Source: Anthoceros angustus (lineage: Eukaryota; Plantae; Anthocerotophyta). From it: DNA of 64,000 nt. The stretch lies in contig MU008179.1 in assembly GCA_010909165.1 (NCBI GenBank), positions 744,001 through 808,000 of the forward strand, written 5' to 3'. The notes under the pieces are model-generated. The model was not told where the DNA came from and searched no databases. It was given only the letters and a program-made list of their open reading frames with translations. This document shows positions 46,901-60,040 of this stretch, piece after piece (positions within the stretch are counted from its first letter, which is position 1; the number at the start of each line of letters is the position of its first letter). The position numbers and the translations under genes were made by a program.

Positions 46901-47700
46901 ACCAAGAGGTGAGAAGACAAAGCCACAAATGCGCCATGGCAAGAGAGCACCTCCCAAAGGGTCACCTTGCCTAGTGCCCGTGCCGAGCTCAAGAGAGACC
47001 CCTTCCACCGAGGCCATGCGATAATAGAGGTTGGAAGGAGACCCATAAAAGGAGCGGACAAAGGAATAAGGCTGGCTGCCCACTGCGTTCTTGAGCTCGT
47101 CGAAGATGGCCGATGTGAGAGAGTTGAAGGCATTCTCACGTCGACTGAAGAGTAATCGAATCGTGGTGGGTCTTGAGAACCGCCTCCACCCCAAAAGCCC
47201 AGACTGCGATAGCAGCAATCCCAAACTGATGAGGACTAAGATGGGCCTGGAACTGCTCCCGGAGCTGGATGGCAGTACTATGGCCAATAAGCCGCAGGAA
47301 CGCCTCCCCGACAACGATAGGACGCACCCCTGGGGTGGGCTTCTCCATCGCCAAGAACCTGCTCGCACCCAACACTTGAGAGATCCGAGGGGAAGTCTCC
47401 CCCCTCGCCACAGCGGCATCCAGAAGAAAGAGCTCGGAAAAACCGAATTTGAGAAGAAGTTAACGTTATCGACTCCTTTCGCTCACAAGCGTGGCAAACA
47501 TGGGGACAGGGAACGTCGGTTTGAACCTACGGTATCCAGCAAGAAGTTTTCCTCTGCTTTTCCAAGTGAGAAAATGGAAGCCATCGGGTTCGAGGTAGTG
47601 TCCGGCCGGCGTTGCCTGGTACACTGCAGCAAAAACATCTGCCTGGAGCCCAAGAGTCCTCTCAGGGAAGCAATTTGCGTTGATGGGAATAGGGTAACAG
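40922..47700 (-). mobile_element. Several partial, interleaved copies of a 5'-truncated CRE-like non-LTR element, Gypsy terminal/gag pieces and host flank
   Basis: CRE segments at ~40922-41830, 42744-42900, 43160-45275 and 45673-47700. Gypsy pieces at ~41830-42743 and 45300-45672. Flank copy at ~42905-43160 matches 47700-47960. Confidence 0.8.
43884..45212 (-). CDS. CRE-like reverse transcriptase (best-preserved copy, probably inactive)
   Basis: LAMEKPTPGVRPIVVGEAFLRL, HQFGIA, DVENAFNS and GTRQGDPLG. The catalytic motif reads SVVDD instead of Y-x-DD. Confidence 0.85.
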   Translation of the reverse strand: MLVLCNATDTTEPDGFHFLTWKSRGKLLWIPRFKPASSPCFATPGAKGVDNVNFFSNSVFRALSSDAGCMGETSPRISQVLGASRFLAMEKPTPGVRPIVVGEAFLRLIGHSTAIQLREQFQAHLSPHQFGIAMPRGCESVAFGVEAVLKTHPDSITLQVDVENAFNSVSQSAIFDELKNAGGQLASLIPFVRSFYGSPSNLYYQHGPSVEGVSVLSSATGTRQGDPLGGALFAMAHFRALSSTASSVWECLYPSVVDDTHILGPGDKVKVAFDFFASELPHLGLKVKIIKCKVWSPSGIMPFLRYREGDIASPPGLQVLGVPIYQDAALAEDLAHIDDLPQQGDPQVAFGILSFCFARRPGYLSPTTLKDHADKELYRSLHALKHKQRFVVRFVYVCRKHDPSIVCDGFCFYVGKAQYRQQSQLRDLLKKELQKQNTLYDN

Positions 47701-48316
47701 ATGATGGACTGGACCTATATTTCACTCATCCATGCACTTTAGGCACATATGACTCGCACTGCATCATGTTCGCAGCAAGAACTACCATGGTGAAATATTC
47801 ATTTCATCCATCGTCCAACTCCACCTCAAACACGATCCCCCTGAATTTAGGTTACCATGGTCGACAAGAGGGTGTACACGTCAAGAGGGACAGGTTTTGC
47901 AATACACTCCGGGTTAAAATAGATTCATCACTCACTTAAAGCAACACATCACAGGAAAGCATGGAAGGAGGCAGTAGTTGCGAGGCAGCAATTGTAGGAG
48001 GTTGCCAGGAATACTTGTGTACACGGTTCTCCATAGCCCACTTTTTGTTGGAAGATGCTTCGTGATTGCAAGCATTACCGCTGGCAATCCAGCTTGTGAT
48101 AAGCTAGTTCTTAGGAGAGAACGATTTCCTACCCTGCGTCTGTATTTTTGCCCCTTTAGAAAGGGCGGTCTTATGGGAACATGATTGTGGTAACTAGGCC
48201 ATAGATAAGCCTCTGCTTCCACGGGTCAGGGCGACATTTTCTGACGAACTAGCCTGGAGCTGATCGAATGGACAGTAAAACGTCATGAAGAACTTGAAAG
48301 GTGCTGCGTTTTGTAT

Positions 48317-49805
48317 CTAGCTAGCTTCAACCATGTCTTGCTCGACGACAACCTCAGGTACTGGATAGTAATTATAGTGCAGTTCGCCCACATCGTCCCC
48401 GGACATCTTCTTCCAGCCTTGGGGCCCCACGTAGTAGACTGCAAGACAGAGACGAACGAGCATGGTAAGAATTGGAAACGGTTGGACCTGGTGACTTCAC
48501 CTCAGTAGCATACTCTCTACAAGATGCTCACCACTAGCAACACCCCCACTTGCACCATCACGGAAAGTGGCATGATATATTGCTCGCCGTCCAAGTTCTA
48601 CAGCTTCCTCAATGGACATATCATAGCGGAATCTGAATCCGTGCAAGCCAGTTAGTTGCGCCAATTCGGAACTTATTGTTATGCAGACGAATAGCATCTG
48701 TTCCAAAAAGACTCTGTGAAATCAGCACGTTACCCTGTGTCGAGAACACCGTAGGCATAAGTTGAACCAGATCCTACAGAAAAACGCTTGCCCTTGATGC
48801 GACCTCCTTCACTGTCGACGTAGTAGAGACCAGGACCCTGATCGAAGACAGAAAGTCAGCAGCGTAACCAACGATTTGATGCTCAGCTGCAACGAGACCG
48901 AACCTCCGAAGTTAACTAACTACATACGGTAAGCCTGGCCATGCAAGAGTCAAATCGCTTACAGTTTCGTCCCAGCCAGCAATCATGGTACCCATAGAAA
49001 GACCCATCCCCCGATAAGAATACAGCGTGTTTGCCAGCAGCTTTGAAGCTCCCGTCACGGATATTCTCCTCTTGTTGGCTAGCTCATGTAGACGGCACTG
49101 CAAAAAAGACATAACCTTGTCAGCTGAAGTTATCACTTTAGCAACGAACATTATATCGACAAAGGTGTTCTACCCGTGTGCCAAGATTTCTTTGCCAGAA
49201 TTGACAGTCTGCAGCGCCCCCAGCCATGGTGCCAAGCAAGTAGGGGTTGATTTCCAGTATTTTCTTGACCGACTGCGAAGCTGGCACAAGAAACAGTCAG
49301 TCCCACCAGCTCGAAAATCTGAACGGCACAGCTACTTGACCTAACACCTGATGCAAAAACGGCCACAGATTTTGATGCACTCACAGATATAGGTTCCCAT
49401 GCTGGCACGGGAGTCGGCTGCCACAATAATGCCGTGCTCAAACTCAAAAGCCAAGGTTGTTGTCCCTCTGGCCGGCTTCACCATTTGCACTGCTGCTTTC
49501 TCAAATCCATCCAACTATAGCGATCCCGGTCAGTAATTCTCCTCATACCTCCTCCAACATGAACCCTAGACAATTGTCCATCACACTTGCAACACAGGCA
49601 GCAGCAGCGCGACAACTCCCCGCCCCGACAAATCCCTTGTCAACCTACACAATTCAGACCATAATTTGAACCTGTCACTCACATCGCGGACGGCAGGCAG
49701 CTCGAAGGAGGGAACAGAAAACGCGCTTGGCAGCCCGTTCATGCTCCCACCATACCCCCTGCGCACGGTGCGCGGCTCCAGCCCTGTGAGATCCAAGGCC
49801 ACCAT
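48317..49805 (-). CDS. PBE1: 20S proteasome subunit beta type-5, multi-exon
   Basis: [10 protein letters not shown] propeptide, [92 protein letters not shown]. The PBE1/PBE2 assignment is nominal. Confidence 0.93.
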
Positions 49806-50247
49806 CCTGGGTGTCGAGTTCCCGCACACTTCTTCAGGTTCGGGTGCAGACGGGGTTTTCGCTTCTTCGGCAAGCAAACAAAACTAAATCTTCGGTGTGG
49901 ACGTTAGTACGCCACGGTTACGAGGTCACCTAGGGTTCGGGGTTTAGGAACAGGGAACAATAGTAGCAGGAAACAATAGGAACAGGAAACAAGTGTATGC
50001 CCGACATTCCACTGGATTCGAATGGATTCTTTCACTCCTGACTTCTGAAGGTGTGGAATGCTCGAGCAAATGTGAGCTTTTGCTTGGAACGGTGAGACCG
50101 GGATTAACAATGCCATTCAGCTGAGAGGTTCAGTCTCGAGGCGGTATGGTGTGATTTTTGTGAACATTGGCTGCAAGCTGACTTCGGTTGTTGGGCTGTT
50201 GTGTCTCAGCAAGTGACGGATTCCAGGTCCAGGCATTCGGAAGTCCA

Positions 50248-53200
50248 ATGGCAGCGATAGCCAGCTGTGGCTGTTTCACTCCCCGCTGCTTGCACAATAC
50301 ATTGCAGCGTTCAGCTGGCTCTCATCAAGGCAACGCAAGTTCATCCTCTTGCCAATTTCTGCCTCGTCCCTGGGGCGTGCGAGAAGGCGGTTTGACTCGG
50401 AAGAATGGGGCCTGGAAGATTCTGGTGTCCGGAGGACGGAATGAGGGTGGTAGACGGGAGATTAAGCTGAATGAGGACGACATGATGACTCTGGAGTTCG
50501 GTCGATTGCTGGGGGAGTCTCGTGAGACCACATTGTCGAAGGTGAGGGGACGAAGAATCCCAGGTGGGGTTGTGCTGAGATTCCTCTGACTGGATGGGCA
50601 TTTGGCACAAAATGTGGCTTTGCTCACCTTGTTGCTGAGGAATCCGTTGGTTGCAACAGATTCTCCGGTCGAAGGCTGATCCAGATGCTACATTTTTGGA
50701 TGTTGAAGAGGCTTTGCTGAAGGGGAAGCCCGCTAGGCCCGTCAAGGCTGTTAAGGCTCAGGAGACGCAGGAGATTATACCTCCTCCCGGTATACCGAAA
50801 CGTCCCCAGGGTGGTGCTGGGTCCGATGGGAGTGTGCCTGAGCTGTTGTCGCGACCACCGAGGCCTAGAGCTGCCCAAGAGGCTGAGGGGAAGGGACAGG
50901 GGCAGGGGCAGGGCATTCAGATAGTGCGGCCGGTGGGAAAGAAGCTGAAGGCTGAGAAGCCTAAGGTTGAGGATGCTGATTACGGGCAGTTGATACGGAA
51001 GCCGATTGTTGTAGGTCCCAAAGTAGCACCTGTAGAGGTGATAGCTCCTATGACGTTGCGGAGAGCAAAGGAAACTTCTGCTGCAGCCCAATCCCTTACA
51101 GCTTCTAGTATGTTACGGAAACCAGTTCCCAAGCCCACAACTGCAGAGTCTGGGAACGAGGTATCAACTTCTGATGGGAAGGATCCAGCTAAGGCTGCAA
51201 CTGTAGCGGAATCACTTGAAGCCTCGGGTGTCTTACGGAAGCCCTCTGTTGCTAAGTTGGCTCCCGGACCAAGTGTGACACAAAATGTAGTCTCTGATAA
51301 GGATGGTCTAGCTGAATCCAGTGCTTCCACCATTCAAGCTAAGGCTCCAACTGTAGCTGAATCACTTGAAGCCTCAGGTGTCTTACGGAAGCGCTCTGTC
51401 GCTAAGTTGGCTCCCGGACCAAGTGTGAGACAAGATGTAGTCTCTGATAAGGATGGTCTAGTTGAATCCCGTGCTTCCACCATTCAAGCTGCAACTGTAG
51501 CGGAATCACTTGAAGCCTCAGGTGTCTTACGGAAGCCCTCTGTTGCTGAGTTGGCTCCCGGACCAAGTGTGAGACAAGATGTAGTCTCTGATGAGGGTGG
51601 TCCAGCTGAATCACTTGAAGCCTCAGGTGTCTTACGGAAGCCCTTTGTTGCTGAGTTGGCTCCCGGACCAAGTGTGACACAAAATGTGGCTTTGCTCACC
51701 TTGTTGCTGAGGAATCCGTTGGTTGCAACAGATTCTCCGGTCGAAGGCTGATCCAGATGCTACATTTTGGATGTTGAAGAGGCTTTGCTGAAGGGAAGCC
51801 CGCTAGGCCCGTCAAGGCTGTTAAGGCTCAGGAGACGCAGGAGATTATACCTCCTCCCGGTATACTGAAACGTCCCCAGGGTGGTGCTGGGTCCGATGGG
51901 GAGTGTGCCTGAGCTGTTGTCGCGACCACTGAGGCCTAGAGCTGCCCAAGAGGCTGAGGGAAGGGACAGGGGCAGGGGCAGGGCATTCAGATAGTGCGGC
52001 CGGTGGGAAAGAAGCTGAAGGCTGAGAAGCCTAAGGTTGAGGATGCTGATTACGGGCAGTTGATACGGAAGCCGATTGTTGTAGGTCCCAAAGTAGCACC
52101 TGTAGAGGTGATAGCTCCTATGACGTTGCGGAGAGCAAAGGAAACTTCTGCTGCAGCCCAATCCCTTACAGCTTCTAGTATGTTACGGAAACCAGTTCCC
52201 AAGCCCACAACTGCAGAGTCTGGGAACGAGGTATCAACTTCTGATGGGAAGGATCCAGCTAAGGCTGCAACTGTAGCGGAATCACTTGAAGCCTCGGGTG
52301 TCTTACGGAAGCCCTCTGTTGCTAAGTTGGCTCCCGGACCAAGTGTGACACAAAATGTAGTCTCTGATAAGGATGGTCTAGCTGAATCCAGTGCTTCCAC
52401 CATTCAAGCTAAGGCTCCAACTGTAGCTGAATCACTTGAAGCCTCGGGTGTCTTACGGAAGCGCTCTGTCGCTAAGTTGGCTCCCGGACCAAGTGTGAGA
52501 CAAGATGTAGTCTCTGATAAGGATGGTCTAGTTGAATCCCGTGCTTCCACCATTCAAGCTGCAACTGTAGCGGAATCACTTGAAGCCTCAGGTGTCTTAC
52601 GGAAGCCCTTTGTTGCTGAGTTGGCTTCCGGACCAACTGTTAGACAAGATAAGGATAGTCCACTTGAATCCAGTGCTTCCACCATTCAAACCAAGGCTGC
52701 AACTGTAGCGGAGTCACTTGAAGCCTCTGGTGTCTTACGGAAGCCCTCTGTTGCTGAGTTGGCTCCCGGACCAACTGTCAGACAAGTAGTCTCTGATGAG
52801 GGTGGTCCAGCTGAATCCAGTGATTCTACCATTCAAACTTCTGGTTTGTTAGAAAAGCCCTCAAGTGCTCCAACAGCTGCAGAAAGGACGGACCAGCAAG
52901 TCTTTGCTTCTGGTGAGGAGAAATCAGCTTCTGTGTTTTCCTTGCCAGGTGATCCACCTCCAAAACCTTCTTCGCCATTAGATCCGAGGTCTTCTTTACA
53001 ACTTAGACCGAAGTCTTTTGTGTCCACTCTGAAGCCCCAGATTCGTGCGGCTAATGTTCTGGTGGAGTCCAGTAGTGGTTCTATTTTGTCTGGAGAGGTT
53101 GAAGGGATTGGTAACGAGCCTGTCACGGATAGGCTTTTATCCAGCTCAGTCGGTGAAACTGCTCCAGAACTAGATCAGAGGGAGGCAAGTACTGTGGAGG

Positions 53201-55960
53201 CTGTGGGCACAGACAGGTTTGGTAATTGGTCAGATGTAGTTAAACGAGCAGTGCTGAAGAGTGAAGCAAGGTTGCAAACAGAGACAGAACAACCGCAAGA
53301 CGCAGATGACCTTGCCAGTGGAAAGCCTACTGTCGAGTATGGTTCTTTTTTCAGCCCTGCATAGTACTTGGAGGTGGTGAATGTGAATGAGTTGTTCTAC
53401 GGATGAGGTACAGAGCATATGCTAACTGTCTTGTTTGTGTCTAGACAGATGGAAATCAGGAATGCTCAGGCGGCCTGCAACTGCTTCATATACAACTCGA
53501 TCATCAAGGCAGCAGCTCCAGGATACTCGTCCCTACGTCCCAAAACCTCCTACTCCCCTGAGGCCAGTTTTCAAAGAAGCAGATCAAAGCAGGTCTACAC
53601 TTGAAACAATTTCGAAGAAGGTGATGAACAGCCCAGATAATAATCCAACAGAAGTGGATGAGGTATGTTAATGCGCCTGACATGTCAACCATGCTTGCAG
53701 AGTATGTTGTTGGTGCACCTGTAACGATGTTGACCATAGCTGCTTTCTCTGGGGCAGACTGACGACAGTAGCTGGGCGCAAGCTGAAGCATTGCGAGAGT
53801 CATCAGCTGCCTTTGAAGTGGAGATTGTCAAAGTTGTAGGAGATGGCGTGGTTGTAAGTGCTCTCCCCCACAGTGCACCTTCGCTCAAGCCACTCCATCC
53901 ATGTGCGACCAGTTAGACATGGTTGGCAGCCAACCTCTATGGATGCTAGCAAGAGCTCGTTTTGTGTTAGTTCAGGGAAAACTTATGTTTTGTTTCTTGC
54001 AGGCCTCCTTTGGTAATATCTCTGGTTACATCCCTGCATGGGAACTGAGTCCAAGCAGAAATGTTACCACTTTCAGTAGGTGGGCACGAGCTAGGGGGGT
54101 AGATGTGACCCAGAAGCGGGCAACTGTGGGTGTTCAGCCACAGTCACAGGAAAATGGTGAAAGGACAATCACAATGAAGCCTCGAGCAGACGATGGGGAG
54201 CTGGTTGTCCCAACCCATGAACAACGTCAGGATCTGCTGGATGTGTTTAAAGAAGAGAGGTCAATCATGCTTTCGGCGTTTGTTGGACAGGTAGATGTAC
54301 TGGGGTGTTTTCTTCTACGATGGCAAGGATATGGCTTATTCATGGTGCCCTCTGCTAGAATGGCTGGCTGGGTGTGGGCTTGTTGTTTGCAAGAGATTTC
54401 GAAAGAAGGCACTGGCAATTCACACGTTGTGGGCAATGTTTCTAATTGCAGAAAGCAACTGTTGTGATCACATCTGTTGATAAGATCCGGAAAAGGATGA
54501 CTTGGTCTGAAAGGCGAAGTGAGGGTGAAGCATTTGTCCTTGCTCAGAAGAAGGCGGCCTTTATAGTAAGTCTCCACGGTGGTCTGGCCACAGTGCATGC
54601 CGTGGTGACTTCTGGATTCGTTTCTCTTTTCCCCTGCTGTATAATTATAATTGGTGGAATATGCAAACAGGCTACTTTAAAAATTGGTGATGTTGTCGAT
54701 TGCGTGGTGACAAAAGTAACCACAATTGGGGCATTTGTTGAGGTTTGTACTCGCCATGCATATTGTTGCACCTCGTTTCACGATGATCGCTCCTATCCTT
54801 AGCAGCAAAAGACAGACTTGATGGACGACTTGTTTGATCAAGCTACCCTTTGTTTTTGAAGGATCCATTCTGGTTTGTTGTTTTCAGATGCATGGGCTCT
54901 GACAAAGTTGTATTGGTGTTACCAGTTGGAAGGGGTGACTGCACTGATTCATGCGTCTGAGCTATCCTGGAACCGTGTTGTAGATCCAAGCGCGCACATT
55001 AGTGTCGGGCAGGTCTGGACGTCTCCTCCCTCCTGCTGCTGTTGTGATGTGCTGCACTGAAAGGACGGTGGATCAGAAGCTTTTAGCTGAGGTTCACTTC
55101 CTTCCTTCTGTGGTAACCAATTGCACTTGGTTCCACAGGAAGTCCAAGCGAAGGTCAGTAGATTGGATCGTCACTTCCAACGAATCAGCCTATCCCTGAG
55201 GCAAATGCAGGTACCTATTCTCTTTCGATGGCTCTGTCAGATATCACTTCAATGTTACGATGTTTGTTGCCTTTCATCTCTTCACATGGGTTCGTCTCGT
55301 GCTGCTAAAACAGCCGGATCCACTGCAAGAGACGTTGGAATCTTTAGTATCCAGCCAGGCCAGTGCTACCCCCGAATCTGGCCTGTCGGAGAGCCTAGAG
55401 AGCGACTCTGAGGTTTGTATCTTTGGGTGTGTCTGAGGTGACGGAAAAAAATCCAGCACAGGAAGTTTTGCCTTTCCACGAATTTTCTAGTCACCTCTTG
55501 TGATGTGCTTCAGCTCCCGGAAATGACTGGACTGGAGCCGGTGCTGAAGAGACTCATGGACACGGAGGGCATTTCTGGTGTTCGCAAAGGCCGCAGATTC
55601 CGGGGAGCAGCCTTGGCCACCAGTTTCCAGGTTCGGCACCCACTGGGATGAAGGACACCCTGAAAGATACCCTCCAGAGGCCATAATCTCACTGCTACGC
55701 ATGGTGCCTTTGAACAGATATATCTGTCGGAGCCTGTGGACGACGGGTTCAAGCTGCTAGCTCGGTCAGGCAACGAAGTCCAGGAGGTGAGGTGCCGCCA
55801 AGCTGAGTCATGATTGCACTCTGTCACTTGGCTTGGTGCAGGATGTGTAGTCAGCAGCGGGGGTGTTCCTTGTGTGTTGCAGATACTGGTGCAGACATCG
55901 CTGGGCAAGGAGGACATGAGGAGGGTGATTTTGGACACCGTGGTGGATGAAGAGCAGTAG
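50248..55960 (+). CDS. Chloroplast S1-domain RNA-binding protein (SDP/AT1G12800-like), multi-exon, with internal peptide repeats and a local duplication
   Basis: Transit-peptide-like start, KLNEDDMMTLEFGRLLGE...ADPDATFLDVEEAL, S1 motifs (IGDVVDCVVTKVTTIGAFVE; ALIHASELSWNRVVDP; VQAKVSRLDRHFQRISLSLRQ), KLLARSGNEVQE/ILVQTSLGKEDM...*. Ortholog recalled, not searched. Confidence 0.8.
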
Positions 55961-56204
55961 TGATGAAAGTAGTGGTGCAGTGTAGATGCCGCCAATGGGG
56001 CCATTAGATGTGATCCCCACCCCACCGCACCTCCAGCGCATCCCATAGGATGAGCCACTGCGCTGAACGAAGGCCGTAGGGCAGACGACGATGTCTTTAT
56101 GTGATGCCTTGTGCAAGAATGATTCTGGTGCTGGTGTCCTCGTTTTGCGGATCTTGTGGTTTGTTTGTGAGTCCATGTGCGGTAGCCATAACCATGAATA
56201 CGTG

Positions 56205-56268
56205 TGTGTGTATATGTGTGCGAATGTGTGTGTGTGTGTGTGTGTGTGGAGAGAGGGGTTGGTAACGC
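56205..56268. repeat. (TG)n microsatellite
   Basis: Read directly from the sequence. Confidence 0.9.
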
Positions 56269-57581
56269 TGGGCCCGAGCTGTGATGGGGCAAGGATGGGC
56301 CCGAGCCCCAGTGGATCCTCCCGGTCGGTGCCGCAGATAACATATAAAATCTGGCCTGGTTGGTGGTGGGTCTTGGAGCCATCTTCTCTTGTTCCTTTCG
56401 CTTTCCCCTGGGCTTCCCTTTCCTCCCATCCACTGTCTGGAGTGAGCAGCAGGTTCTCCATGAGAGGTACCTGGCCCTGATGCTGTGACATGAGTGTGGA
56501 ATCCTGGCACGATATGCTTTCTTGGCCGGCAAGGACATCTGGTCCCAAGGTTCCAACCCAGAGACGAGGCTCGTTCCTTCTCCCTTCCCCTCGCAGCACA
56601 AGGGCTGTACTTGGGGGCAGTTGAGGGGCCGGGGGCCTGCCCGGTCGCTGCAATGCTGCCGCTGCCGTTGGGGCCTGTGGGATTGCAACTAGAGGACAGA
56701 ACGGAATCGTTGGTGGATGAGCGCGAGATGGACACGGCCCGGCGGACAGGCTGGTAGGTGACGTTAGGGATGGGGGCCATTAAATGAAAGTGAGGCGCGG
56801 GGTTCGAGGCAGACACCGCATTTTAGGGACATAATCTGTAACCCGGAGTTCAAGAAAGATCATTTGCTGGATCCCAGGTTACAGTGGAGCGGGATTGGTG
56901 CGCAACCCAGTTGGCACCAGGTGCGAGGCTTCTGAACTCAGTCTGATGTCTTTCCTCCAGCTGCTGCTGCTTTTTGAGTTGGAGGTCCGACCAGGACCAC
57001 AGCCACTTCAGGCGTGATGATACTGTCATGGCATGTTCGCGGCTTGCTCAGGCACCACGCAACGCACATCTCTCAGGGCTTAGGGCTCAGGAGTCAGGGC
57101 TCGGGGGCGTCGGGGCTCAGGGCTCAGGGCTCAGGGCCCAGGGCTGGGCCACGATGATGGTGCCTCCAGGTTCCGTCATCCATGCCCTTGGCTTTTTCTG
57201 CTTCCTTTATAATTTGCGTGCTTCCTTGGTTGCTTCCTTCCTTCCTGCAATCACTCGTGGTCAGTGGCAGGCCGCCGCAAGTGACCCGGACCAGACCAGA
57301 CTCCATGACTGTGGCACGCGAGTTTAGCGAGCAGGAAGCGGCGTGTGTCCTGTACTTGGAGCGTGATAATGGGCCATCAAGGGCGCCGTATGCGTGGCTG
57401 GTGGGGGCATGGGCATGATGCCAGACATTAAAAGAAACCCCAGCTCCGAGCTCCGAGTTCGACCTGGCTCTGCCTGCGTCTGTCTGCCTCTGCCTCTTCC
57501 TCTGCATCTTCCTCTGCCTCTGCCTCTTCCTCTGCATCTTCCTCTGCCTCGGGGGCCGCTGCATCCATCATCGAACCACAG

Positions 57582-57642
<61 letters not shown>

Positions 57643-57659
57643 ACACACACACACACACA
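57582..57659. repeat. (CT)n-(CA)n microsatellite, preceded by (CCTCTG)-type repeats
   Basis: Read directly from the sequence. Confidence 0.92.
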
Positions 57660-59872
57660 TCGATCATCCAACCGGAGACGAGTCCGGACTACCCTGCTCC
57701 GCTGCAAGTCAAGTGGCAAAACGGTTAGGGATCTGGATACTTACCAATGGGGACGCCCTTTCGCACGCTTGCCACTCACTCCCTCCAGCAGCCAGCTCCT
57801 GCTCGCCTGACACCTTTCTGCATTGTGCTTCGCTTCCACGGAACGGATCCATACGTTCCAAACGGAACGGGTCAGTGCAGCCAGCAGCCAGCAGCCAGCA
57901 GCCAGCAGCCCACCCACGAGTCACGACGTCACGACGTCACGACGGACCTGCCTCCTGCCTCCACGGAACGGGCCACATGGCCCCGGTGCCATTGATGTTC
58001 GAACCGTCTTTCTTTTTACCTGCAGGTACGTATATACCTACATATTTGCATTTCCTCTCCCGCCGCCCGCGTCCCGCGTGCGTGCATGCACGCATTTTGG
58101 CTTTGCCTTTGCCTTTGGCCTCTAAGCTATATGCGCCTTTCCTCCACACTCCATGCGTTTCTCTCCACTACGGATCGCTTCTTCCCCCTTCATGTCCGCT
58201 CGTTTACAGCGGTGCAATGCATCTCATGCTTCTTGGGGATTGGAGCTCAAAGACTGAAGTACGGACTTGTTGTCGCTATGCATATGGGCCTTTGGCCTCG
58301 GCTTGGCCGCAGAATGGCCTGGGCTTGGCTTCGGAACACCCTATGTTAAAAACACTTCCTTCAAGATGAGGAGTTTAATGTGCCTCCTCACACTTCTTCT
58401 TTGGTTAGATAAGGATTTCTATCCCGCAGATTTTCAAAGAAGATTGTGACCTTCTGAGACCAAGGTATGATTTAAGGAGGAAATCATCTACATACTTCAC
58501 TTCCATAGAACTTGCTCAATATGAATGTGGATAAGAAAAAGTTCACAAAGTAAAAGTGTGAGACTCTCCTAAAACACTTGGATGAAACTCAACTTTAAAA
58601 ATAGGAGAGGTGTGGAACGTGAAAATTGGGTGGCATGTCATAAGTACGATATCTGTTTCATACATTTAATGCTATTCCTGGACTTGTCCTTTCCAGGTAG
58701 TTGTCCATCGTGCATATATGCGGTTCTAGTTCTAGTCCTGACGATAAGAACACTTGGGAATCACAGAATCTTAAAAGCATTTGGCCGTAGTCGAACCAGG
58801 TTACTAGTAACCGGTACACAAGATGGAACGACTGATTGCAAGCTTGGCACGATATTCATTGACAACATAATCTTGCACGGTGGAACGATGCGAGGACGAT
58901 GGAAGCAACCGGATATTGGAACTAAAATAAATTATATGATTATTATCTAGATAAGATAGAAATAATGATATCCAACAATGCAGTACGATATACATGTATC
59001 CATATTAATACACATATGTACATAGATAGATAGATGTAAGACAGCCGCCAAGAGGTGGAGGGTGGGGAACGCGGTTGGTGTATGTACCGCGGTTGGATGG
59101 TTGGGTGGTTGGGTGCGACGCGTCCAAGGGATATGGGAATCTAGCGCGTATCCAAGGAATAAGGGCCGGCGGCCCGAATCGGGCCGCAGAGCCTACGTCT
59201 GTGATGAATCTGGCTATATTTACCCCGGCCTGTACTTGCACGCCCCAGTTCATGATTGACAGCAGTTTAATCTGCAAACCAGCATGACGCTGACGCCATG
59301 GCCCTGGTACCAGCCCTGTGGGCGCTCGGGTCGGCCCGGGTCAAAGGGCTGTGTGGCACTCGGGGCCTCAGGCTCATCAGTCGCCCGGTGTCCGGCGCCC
59401 GGTGAGGGAGAGCCTGTGCTTTCCTTTTCCTCTCACACGCTTCTTTCCTTCCTGCGTAATGTAATAAGCGGTGGAGTGCAGTGCAGAGCGAAGAGCGCAG
59501 AGCGCAGAGCGCAAAGCAGGGCTAGTTTCGCCCATAATCTTGGCGCAACTGGCGAATTGTTGTTCTCCTCCTCGGCCTCGGCCTCGACCTCGACCTCGAC
59601 CTCGACCTCGAGAGAGAAGGGGCCGGGCCAGCGCGCACACACCGGATGAAGGCTTGGCTGGAAGGCCGCTGGAGCAAGGCAGCGGCAGCGGCAGCGGCTG
59701 GGCAGTCGTGATGGTGCTCCCGGCAGCGGCAGGACGGCAGAGCAGAAGGCCGAGGGTGCTGCTGCCATTGCCGCGCTCCTGTACCATCACTACCAGCCGC
59801 AGCCGCAGCTGGAGACGGTGCAGCAGCAGCAGGGGAGAGGCGACTGTGTCTCTGACTCGGCGGTAATGAGCT

Positions 59873-59873
<1 letters not shown>

Positions 59874-59912
<39 letters not shown>

Positions 59913-60040
59913 CGGACGGGACGGGACGGGACGAGCTCCGGCCGCGGCCGCTTCTTGATCCGCCCGGACTGCACGGCACCTTGCTCCTGCTCCTGCTGTT
60001 GCTCCTGCTCCTCCTGCTGCTGCTGCTGCTGCTGCTGCTC
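59874..60040. repeat. (GCCA)n, (GGGAC)n and (TGC)n simple repeats in a GC-rich low-complexity tract
   Basis: Read directly from the sequence. Confidence 0.85.
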
